Source: Podarcis filfolensis (Eukaryota). From it: a DNA stretch of 64,000 nt. Within the stretch, counting starts at the first letter, position 1; each line of letters begins with the position of its first letter. Location: the NCBI GenBank assembly GCA_964270895.1, contig OZ185435.1; one strand, written 5' to 3'. Below are positions 25,141 to 34,953 of the stretch, piece by piece. The position numbers and the translations under genes were made by a program. The notes below the pieces were generated by a model. It was not told where the DNA came from. It made no database searches and saw nothing but the letters and a program-made list of their open reading frames with translations.

Positions 25141-27159
25141 TAGCCTGTACTAGTTAAGGTTCCAGCATAGGCACTGCCTCATAGGATGTGACATGTAATT
25201 TCTCAAAGAGGTGATATGGAAAATGTAGGTTTTGTTTCTCAGGTTGTCTGTTTTGTATAGGCTACCACAGAGGAAATGTTAGCTGCACATACAAGCACAC
25301 ACATTTACACACACAATGGTCCATTCTGCTTTGACATATCTGTCATGTTTAGTGCTGGTATTACAAGTGGCAGCAGTGAGTGACGTGTTACCCAAGTGAA
25401 TTACGTCACTTTGCCAGGAAGAAATGCAGCCAAATTATGTACAAATGGAATCTGCTCCAAAATATACAGTTCATGTTATAGGTGGAATTGAATCATGACC
25501 AGGACATATCAGAATCCATTAACAGGTCATTGATTTCTTTAAATTTCTTTTTTCTTTTTTAAATTTCATGAGGTTTCTGTACCACTTGAGTGCAACAAAG
25601 CATCAAAGCAGTTTACAAAAAGCTGATTTCTGTTAAGTTGTGAGGCTATGATAGGTCTTGTCACTTAGAGCTATTAGCGTGGCATGCAGTGACATCATCA
25701 ACCTCCCAAGGCACGGGAGACCTCTGGGCTTTAAAAGCACGGCCACCCTGTTTATAAATGAAGCTGAGGCTGTTCTGCCACATTTCTTTTGCTCATGACA
25801 TAAAAGGGTAATAACATTCAATTTTACTAAATGGGCAACAGAATTTCTTATTTATTCCTACATCTTCACCTGATGATTAGCGTGGATTAACTATTTACAT
25901 CAACATTCCCATTCACTGAATGTCTCATGTATAGATTTGGATGACTGTATGCATAATAGAAAACATTAATATTCAAGATCATCCTTATAGATGTTGGGTG
26001 ATAATCTGACTAAGTCATATTGAAAGCAGAGTCTGCTCTGAATATGACTCATATTTCATATCACCCATTGTGATGAGCTAAGCATGTGATATCAAGAAAA
26101 TAAATGCATCAAATGAAAGCAACCTCAGTGTATAAAGCAGGAATGAGCTGGTTTACCTGATTTCCATGAAGTTGTAAATCAAGATATTTAACTTGATTTA
26201 GCTCAGTGAAGAGCATTACAAGAGAAACAATGTCAACAATAAACTATACTGTCCCTATCCCTCTGTTTGTCATGTTCACACTTACACCTCAGCATATGTG
26301 GCATTGATTGTCATGTCTACAAATACAGCTGCCTCATTTTTGGTGCATTTCTGTGCACCATAGGAACTGTAGAAAATGACCACAAGAAAGTCAGTCAAGT
26401 TGTTGTAGCCCTTGTAAGAGAAATGGAGAAGTGGGGAACTACTGCAGGGATTTGATCTGATTCTGCATAGTGTAACCCTTATACCTACTTGAAAAGGATC
26501 AAAGGTATAATATCAGCATCCCGTTTTAACATGAGAACTCTATAGTAAAATACAGTCCAGGTACTAACCTAATGCCAAGGGATGGGGCCATTTCAACACA
26601 GGAATGTGTATGGTGTGACTAAAGAACAGGTGGTTCCCTTCAGATTTTCCAAAAGAGAAATTAGGAGGGAGTTTTGATGCAAGCATCTGGATGGGATGTC
26701 TCATTGTCTGCATATATTTCAGCTACTTTTCCAAGCACCACCTCAGGAAACTGAAATTAATTGATAACACTGAAATTGTGTGTATGTATGTGTCTGTGGT
26801 GCGTTGTGTTTGTGCAGTTAGGATTTGAAGGCTAATCTGTAATTACCCCCTGAGTTAGATTAATTTCAAGGAAGGAGAGAGTGTGCTGGGCTGCAGTAAA
26901 TACTGATGCAGTTTGCTGGTATTCTGTTCTTTTCAAAGGGTTGGTGAGTCGAGATCATTGGCTGCGCTGAGGAGCTGTCACATTCTCAGTGCTGGAGAGG
27001 TGCAGTGCAAGTGAATGGAAGCAGCATTTGAGCTCTCTGTGTGCAGAGGCTTCAGAAACCTGAAGAACGATGAATCAAATGAATACTCGAGTTTAAGGCT
27101 GAGATTCAGACTTGTACAAATCTGACAGCATCCCAGCCTCTAGAGCCATAAGCACTCGT

Positions 27160-27179
27160 AGGAGGGGAGAGAGAGAGAA

Positions 27180-27232
<53 letters not shown>
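27160..27232 (+). repeat. Polypurine tract including (AG)25 microsatellite
   Basis: Only A/G from 27160 to 27232; perfect (AG)n at 27183-27232. Confidence 0.97.
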
Positions 27233-27233
<1 letters not shown>

Positions 27234-27300
27234 AACAGCAGAAGTCTGAGCAAGAAGGACGGATTTCTAGCCATTTGCTCCATAACTCATTGTGGAATTG

Positions 27301-27321
27301 TGCGCTATCCTGGGTGCTGAA
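27301..27321 (-). promoter_or_regulatory. RE1/NRSE (REST binding site)
   Basis: Minus strand reads TTCAGCACCCAGGATAGCGCA versus consensus TTCAGCACCACGGACAGCGCC: 17/21, with two of the four differences in the degenerate 2-nt spacer. Confidence 0.8.
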
Positions 27322-27323
27322 AC

Positions 27324-27383
27324 ATGAACCAAACTGCAACAGTGTCCCATCACGTCAAATGCCAGTCATCCAAGACGATCAAG
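27324..27383 (+). CDS. DPP10: First coding exon (exon 1a) of inactive dipeptidyl peptidase 10, DPP10a isoform: MNQTATVSHHVKCQSSKTIK
   Basis: ATG AAC CAA ACT GCA ACA GTG TCC CAT CAC GTC AAA TGC CAG TCA TCC AAG ACG ATC AAG, then donor AG|GTATGG in phase 0. 17/20 identical to human DPP10a MNQTASVSHHIKCQPSKTIK as recalled, and much closer to it than to DPP6a ([20 protein letters not shown]). Too short for the ORF track. Confidence 0.95.
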
Positions 27384-29138
27384 GTATGGACAATTCATTA
27401 TTGTTGCAGATTGTGTGTGCATCTCTCTCTTTGTGCATATATATAGGAATATGTGGTGTTCATTATTTTGCATATTTAAGAAACTCTGACATATTTGCTT
27501 GACTAATTTTGATTGCTTGTGGATTATAAGAAGAGTACTGAATCTTTTGATTCTGAATTTTTTGAATAATGCTTGCATTGTTATTTCTAGTTTTCACTTA
27601 GGATTTCTAAGTTGGTGAGCTTTCTAAGTTTAAATATTAGCAATGGGTTATAATGATTAGCAAGTTTGGTAGGCTTGGCAGTACTTTCTACAATGAGGGG
27701 CAAAACAGCCAAGGAAAACACCACACACACAGTTAGCAACCTGTTTGATTTTTTTTCCATTAGTTTCTTGTGTTCTCTGAGTACTGTATGGAATGCTCCA
27801 GGCACTGGGATTTTGAATTCTTGTCAATCATTTTAATGGTAAGGTCCGATCAGTTGTATGAATAGATATGTGTGCCAAGTTGAAATGAAATAGAGTATAG
27901 TTGGCTTGCTGTTGGCTTGTTAATTGAAAATGTTTTGGGTGGCTGGGATAGCCTAGAGATATTGTGGAAAGCTGAACTTTTATTGATGGCCCTGTCATTC
28001 TGTGAACGGTCTTGACTGACGTGGATTGATCTAATAACAACATGAAATAAGCTCTCTCATCATTTTGTGTTCTCCTTACTCTGCATTTGAGCCACATGCA
28101 TACATATTCGATGTGTGGCAAATGATAGACATTGCTAATGTTACTGTGAAAAGGGCCGACAGAAGGGCTGCAGTGGTTTCTGTATAAACTTATCTACCCT
28201 TTACAGTAAGGCAAATGTATAGCAATGAAAATAACTTTTCAGGCAAGGCACAGACTTTTGTTTGGTGGTGTAAGGATTTCTTAATGTACTTCCTTTACAT
28301 TACAATTACAATTACATGTGTGTATGGGAGCCCTGCATAATGCTATTTTCTGGGCTGTACCACTGAATGCAGTGGGACATGGAGCGTAACCCTCTGCAAT
28401 TTGCATTCAGTGATACTTACTCCAAATAAGTATCTGAAGGACTGTAGCCGTACTTGCAAGTAAGTGTGCACACAGCTGGGCACCCTGTGATATGGCAAAA
28501 TCAAGCGGCTTCCTGCATTCTTATGAACAGTGAGGATCTAGGCTCTTTAAAGAAATGAATGATGTAAAGTACGGTTACAACGAAACTAGTTTCTAAAACA
28601 AATTTAGCTTTGTTAGTTGTTTTGGACACAATATAGGAAACATGACTTATAGTAAAATCTTATACAGTACAAATCCCAGGTGAGTTTACTGGGGCTCACT
28701 CCTAGGTAAGTGTGCATAGGATTTCAGCTTTAATCTTCTTGTGTGTGTAAATGGGCTACATTTCCGAAGAGTAATTCGTAAGGTATGTGTTTCTCACAAG
28801 ATTGTAATGATCAGCCACACAAGTTGTAATGGTATCTATAGAAACTAAATGACCACTTGTTTCATGTTTGCATATGAAGGTAAGCAAAATCCTATGAATT
28901 GCATTTAAACCGATCATACTGCAGTTAAGATGAAATCACCTTCCACTCCTCTTAAGGATCTGCAGTTCTAACCCTGTGAGTACTAAACGAAGGCTGTGCA
29001 ATGCAGTATGGGACCTGTATCATATCTGCTACAGCTGAAACTATTTTTTTCACTGTTGGCAGCAGTTATTAAATGCACTTGACCACATGCCAGGAAGAAA
29101 GCACAAAAATGTTAGTGTCACATTAAAAACCCAGATTG

Positions 29139-29143
<5 letters not shown>

Positions 29144-29179
<36 letters not shown>
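29144..29179. repeat. (TG)18 microsatellite
   Basis: Seen directly. Confidence 0.97.
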
Positions 29180-29182
<3 letters not shown>

Positions 29183-32100
29183 ACGAGCGAGGGGGGGGGG
29201 CGAGGAGAAGAAATAACACCAGCCAATTGTGTTTAGCCATGGACCCTTTGTGCTACAGCTGTCATAAGAATAACAATACCCAAGATAAACCTTTTGATAT
29301 TTTGCACTCTCTTTATGATGTCAGGTGTATTATGTGCTTTGAAAACATTTCAAGATACTGCAGTGCTAAGGAAATGGTAGCAGAAGCTGACATAAATATG
29401 AAGTTGGGATACAATATGCTTCAGTAGTTGAAAAAACACCAGCTCTTTAGCATGTTTTCTTAGACGTAGTGTTTCTAATAGAAATTGGGGGTAGGGAGGA
29501 AGTGCTAATCCCTTTTTTCAGCAATCAGCTGGAATGTACTGCGAGACAGTGACAAAAACATTAAAATTGTACATGGAGTAGCTTAATAGTCTAGGCTGCA
29601 ATCCTAAGCACGTCTGTTTGGAAATAAACCTATTGAATTCAAGGGGGCTTACTCCCAGGCAAGCAGGGTTAGGAATGCAGCCTTTGTAGGTGTACAATCT
29701 ACAAGCTGGGGTGTCTGGCATGCTACTGGGCACTGTGAAAAGGTTTTGTTGTAGTACCCTTTAGTGGAATCAGACTGGGATGCAGTGGGAATTAGGATTG
29801 TATCCAAAATGAAATGGAGAGAAGATAGGCATTGGCCATGATGAACATGAATTCTGGGTAGTTTGCTATCTGTCGGGGCCTGAATTGCTGATGGAACAAC
29901 TGGATCTGCATCAGCATTGGAGCTGAGAGTTAGAAGATGCATGGTGCCTTCTTCCTTTTCCTGTCAGGGTTCTGCCTGCAGTGATTCTGCCCCGGCTCCA
30001 CCGCCTAGTGTTTCTGGAAAAGCTGTACCAAACATGTATGATCATGATTTCTTGTGTATCATGATAGTCTGCAGTCATGTGAGATGGATGTCCTGTGCCA
30101 TTGTGATCCTGAGACTGTCATCATCACAATTCTGTGCACGGTGCCCTGCGTTCTCACCTTTTTCAAGCTCCCAGGTGCAGCCTCCATTCCACACATTCCA
30201 TCCAATACAGATGGGGATGATAAAGGGGGCAAAAAGTGGTAGAAAACATGGAAACAGACCATTCAGTGCAAAATCTGGTTGGGGGCTTCTGGCAAACAGT
30301 GCATGAGCAAAGGCTGATCAAAAGGAAATCTACTTAGGAGGACGGCATGAATTCAAATCTTAAGTTGCCACACTTTCCACAGACAAACCATAGTCAATGT
30401 TTCTGAAACATAGTGGTCTTGGAAATGTTTGCATGTTCATTAGCTTCAGTCAACTGTATAGCATCTTCCATTTCATGGAAATAAGAAAAGCAAAAGCAAT
30501 CTTCCTCCCACAAAAAAGGTCATTATTAGAATCTTTGAACTGCAAGTGAAATTTCCGGTTTGATCCATGTTTCTAAGAATAATCATTTTTCCCTGTGTAG
30601 CACTATAAAGCAAGTACTAGAACAAGGTGAAGTTTTGCTTTTACTTACGCAGTGGCAAGGCTGGCAGGCAGTTGCATATATTGTTTGAAAGTGCAACATG
30701 ACACCTAATAAAACTATGGATACATTTTTTTGGGAAGCACCTTGAGACCGGATTATTATATTAACTATATTTTTGTGCAGGCAAAACAGACCCTGTATCA
30801 GACTGGCAGGGGATTGATTTGCCAATTTTCATGCCTGTGAATTGCAAAAATATGAAACTATGATCAGTTCTCAAATGGTGGGGCTAGATTTTGGTCCATA
30901 TTTTGAAATTAAAAACCTCCACTTTATGCTATTCAACAGCTTTGTAATATATGATTGCTGTTAGTCTGAATATAAGCCCTTAAAAAATGGTGCTGGATGC
31001 AGCTGATCTGAGAGTGGTTTGAGCTGTAATTGAACACTACAAGGGCTGAGTGGTTACTGGGCGAAAGGAAATATATGCAACCTTGATCAAATATCGCAAG
31101 ACATTTTGAATGTAATTTGGGGTTATTTTGTTTGCATCTCTCACTTAATTTGACATTTCCCAGTTGTATTTATAACCTGCCATGGTGGTGACTGCTGCTT
31201 TGAAGAAACTGACCCATAGCTCTTTTTCAAACTAAAGTACACTTGTTGGGAACCTGACTTGCAAAGGGCCCATGAGTCAACTCAGCACTTTATATATAAA
31301 ATTTTTGAAGCTTAAACTTAGAAGATGATTCCAAGAAAAATATTTTGCCTCAGTACCTTTGCTAGACAGGGTAAGCCATGGTGAACCAGCTAGATCCATT
31401 TGTCTGGCTCACTACAAGGCATAACTATGGGCATTTTTTTTACTTTTTCTAAACATCAATAAATAAAATTCATTTTATTTACATGAAGAATAATGTGTGG
31501 CTCTGGGTTTCTTTATTTCTTTTTTAAACAGTCATTTTATGGTAGCATTCTCTTGCCTGGTGCCCTACAGATGTTTTGGATTATAACCTCAGCCAGCATT
31601 TCCAATAGTCACGGGTGATAGAAATTGTAGTCCAAAACATTCGGATTCTCTACTCTGTCAGTGAAGTCTCCTTCCAGGGAAAACAGGAGAGAGGGTGCAA
31701 AAGCATTTCAGCTGACTTTAGATAAAGTTCCCAGCCTCCTAATGAAACCCTCTCTTAACTGAGATTCATTTTACTGCATTTTCTGAAACACTTTCAAATC
31801 TTAGAGAGCTAAGCAGCTCTCTGAATTAATGATTTTTCACTTAGATCTGTAATACAGAAAACTTTTTAGGGTCTTGCTGGGAATGCTAAATACCCACCTT
31901 ATTTCTCTTTCATTACAACCTTGGCTTCAGAAGCCACCCCTTGGGCAAATGACTTGTTTTTATTCTTTACACTGTTGGCTCATCTTGTAACACTGAAAGT
32001 AAATTAGATCCTGTCGCGGAATTTCACCACTGTTGGGTGTACCGTTATGCTTTACTAATGGCAAAATGGAAAGATTGTGTCACAGAGGGAGAGAACTGCT

Positions 32101-33096
32101 AAAGCTTTGCTCATCTTGTTAAAAAAAACTCAATAGCTTGGGCTTGATAAATTCAACAACTTTGAATCTCTTGATAACATAAGTGTGAATATATAACATC
32201 TTACAAAGTGTGAACACTGCATAGTAGAAATATTTTCTACCTTGTTTGTGCAGCAAGCTGTTAAATTTACCTGGGGGAAAAACCACAATGAAGATTTGTG
32301 CATTTCATACTTTTGACATTTTCCTTGTGGTGCTTTCTGCCTTACACCCCTTGGTGAATGGATATGACTTGGTGTTACATGCAGGAAAGTGATCAAGGGG
32401 TAACCTGGAATAGGGAGTGCTTAGAGCAATTTACTAAGCTACTTTTCTTGTTTTGGTGTTGGAATCTTTAATTTTGCAGTGCTGGGAGACTTTCCTGTTG
32501 TTATTGAAGACCATGCATTGTCGTTTCCTCTTTGGTTGGGTAGCTCTTGAGCTCACCCCAAAATGTTCCTTCTTTCAGGAACTGGATGTGTGATTAGTGC
32601 TTCAAATAAGTCCAGGCATATGAGGAACACTAATCAAGCTGGAATAATGCTAGACTACAGGGGCATGGCATGGAACTGTAGCAGCACATCAGAAAATATC
32701 CATTGGGAAAGGCACATGAATTACTTTGAAATACTCACCTGCAGCTGCAAAAAGCCGGTAATGCAGAATCTGCTGTCTGGAGGAGCATTATAAAGATTAC
32801 TCTCTCCCCCCCCCACCCAATATATGCCACAAGTTTACAAGTTCGTACAAGTTCAGAAAATCTGTACCAAAGTTATTAGCATATTTCTGATAGTAAGAAA
32901 GCAAGCAACTGATTGGATTGTAGACCAGTTTTATTTTTAAGCAGAACTGGAGTCTGAAGTTCTGGTAGGACAGCAATTTGGAAGCTTCTTCTCATTCTAA
33001 CACAGCTCAGCAGATGTTATGATAGGAAGCACTTTAGATCTGGTCTCTGTCTTTGTGTCAGACTGCAGCACTTCTGCACAGATCTTGCACCTTCAT

Positions 33097-33223
33097 TGTT
33101 GTTGTTTAGTCGTTTAGTTGTGTCCGACTCTTTGTGACCCCATGGACCAGAGCACGTCAGGCACTGCCTCTTCCACTGCCTCCCGCAGTTTGGTCAAACT
33201 CATGTTGGTAGCTTCGAGAACAC
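33097..33223 (-). mobile_element. BovB (RTE) LINE 3' end
   Basis: gttgttgtttagtcgtttagttgtgtccgactctttgtgaccccatggaccagagcacg is the reverse of the BovB 3' terminus with (CAA)n tail. Confidence 0.88.
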
Positions 33224-34512
33224 ACCACAAAGAAAATGGGTACATTGTGATTAATAGCAAATGCTAAATATTACTCTTGTGCAATAAATCCACTCCTACC
33301 CCAAATAAGTCAGACTCTTACGGTAGTGGCCCATTTGGTGGGGTGGAACTGCCAAACTGCCCATGCAATACTGCAGCTTTCTTAGGGTGCATTCAGATGT
33401 GGATATTATTGCATCATTCAGACCAATGTGGAAATGTGAAGCCCTTAACCCAAGACTGGAAAAAAGAGAAACAAAAACTGACAGATTTACCCATCCCTAG
33501 TGTATATATGCATATCTGAAGTAGATGCAGTCTCTCTCCCTCTCCCTCTCCGTCTCCCTCTCAGCTCCACAATTCTATTTTATATGCAAAGATTTGCACG
33601 AGCAAATCAGTTAAATGTATACAGCATTTTGGAAATACATGACCATTTCCCCCCACTCCAGCTGTTTAATAAACTGGAGCAGACCATTGCCAAAATGTAC
33701 CGTGCTATAATGTAAGTCAATATCTGAGAAATAGCCTGATTGCTTGGTCCATTAAGAATTATTCTATACAGTGTGTAACAAATGTCACACATCACTAATA
33801 TGAGCTAATGACATCAAATGGGAAGACTGTCTGAGCGCTTAGCACTCTAATGGCCTTGTATAGGCTTTACCGCTCTATTTTGTCCCAGCAGCGATGCAAT
33901 TCCCTGTCGGCATTTTCAGCATTGGATAATTAGACTTTTCTTCTGCTCAGTGATGCTATCCATAAACCTGACTCTTGCACACTGTAATGTCATTTGTCAG
34001 GCAGAATTTTCTGAGAGGTGAGACAATATTGTGAGACGTGCCGCAATGTGCCTACACGCTTGGGAACACGGAATTTAAGGCTGCTATCCTAGGTGCACTT
34101 TCTAAGGGATGAGCACCACTGAACACAGTGCAACTTGCGTCAGAGTAAATGCACCTAGGATCATGCTACACAGTCAGAAGAAACAAGCATATAAACACAT
34201 ACATTATTGGATTGACTTGAGCATTCAGTATCGGCAGCCTGCCATTCTCTAACTAAAACGGCTAACTGTGACAATCACCTGTGGTTCTTCCATTTCCCCC
34301 ACTTGCTCTGTCATTTGGTCTTGCTTATCTCTTGTTGGCATTAACCAGGTCTGGTCAAAACATGCCCATTTATTGCTATCAGCCAGTGGCATTTTATTAT
34401 TATTTTTATTTTGTTGCTGCCCTTCATCCCATACAATCATAGGGCACTGAACAAAACAACCAAAAACAGCATAACAATAAAATTAAGATGTCTGTTAATA
34501 TGCATATTAAAC

Positions 34513-34840
34513 TAGAGGCAGAGAACCTCTGACCGGGGGGGGGGGATGTGGCTCTCTGGCCTCTCTATCACACCCTAGACCTGTTTCCAAGCCATAGCCT
34601 TCACCATCCCTGCTTTGCACTCCCCTTAAGTGTTTTTGTCTGGCTGGAATGTGTCTTTGATAGCACCCCTTGCTTGCTTGCATAGAGAACAGAGAGGGGT
34701 ATGAGAAGGTGTTGAAAAACTAGCCTAGGACACAAAGGTAGAAGTTCTATCCACACTTGCCTCCGGCTCCATTCACCATTGGCATGTGGCTGCCCAGAAA
34801 GGAGTGTGGCCCTTAGGTTGAGAAAACTTCCCCATCCCTG
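34513..34840. mobile_element. Non-autonomous hAT-like element (~330 bp)
   Basis: agaggcagagaacct...ttccccatccctg ends; related copies at 41898-42218 and 50019-50416. Confidence 0.65.
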
Positions 34841-34889
34841 CATGAGAATCTTTATCTCTTGAGCTCCACATTGGGCAAAAAGGTTGCTA

Positions 34890-34953
34890 CATTGCAGGGT
34901 TGGACTGGATGGCCCTTGTGGTCCCTTCCAACTCTACTATTCTATGATTCTAT
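34890..34953 (+). mobile_element. CR1 extreme 3' end with (ATTCTATG)n tail
   Basis: gggttggactggatggcccttgtggtcccttccaactctactattctatgattctatg. Confidence 0.9.

Larger units (their letters stand above)
26880..27323 (+). promoter_or_regulatory. DPP10: Putative DPP10a core promoter and 5' UTR (TSS not determinable)
   Basis: Directly upstream of the ATG; no recognisable TE; modest CpG retention; inverted CCAAT (cattggc ~26957); contains uORFs, the (AG)n tract and the RE1. Not a classical CpG island. Confidence 0.6.

Noticed and set aside
27324-27383. Alternative assignment of the exon to DPP6a
   Set aside because: SHH.KCQ.SKTIK matches DPP10a; DPP6a has [13 protein letters not shown].
28395-28478. 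Cluster of short palindromes (gatactta/taagtatc, tacttgcaagta, gtgtgcacac)
   Set aside because: Resembles the decayed palindromic MITE family (acttactccc...gtaagtgtgca) seen nearby; stems are short.
29780-30306. 129-aa ORF and a possible Myb/Harbinger-like fossil on the minus strand
   Set aside because: Only a vague compositional resemblance; multiple stops and no diagnostic motif.
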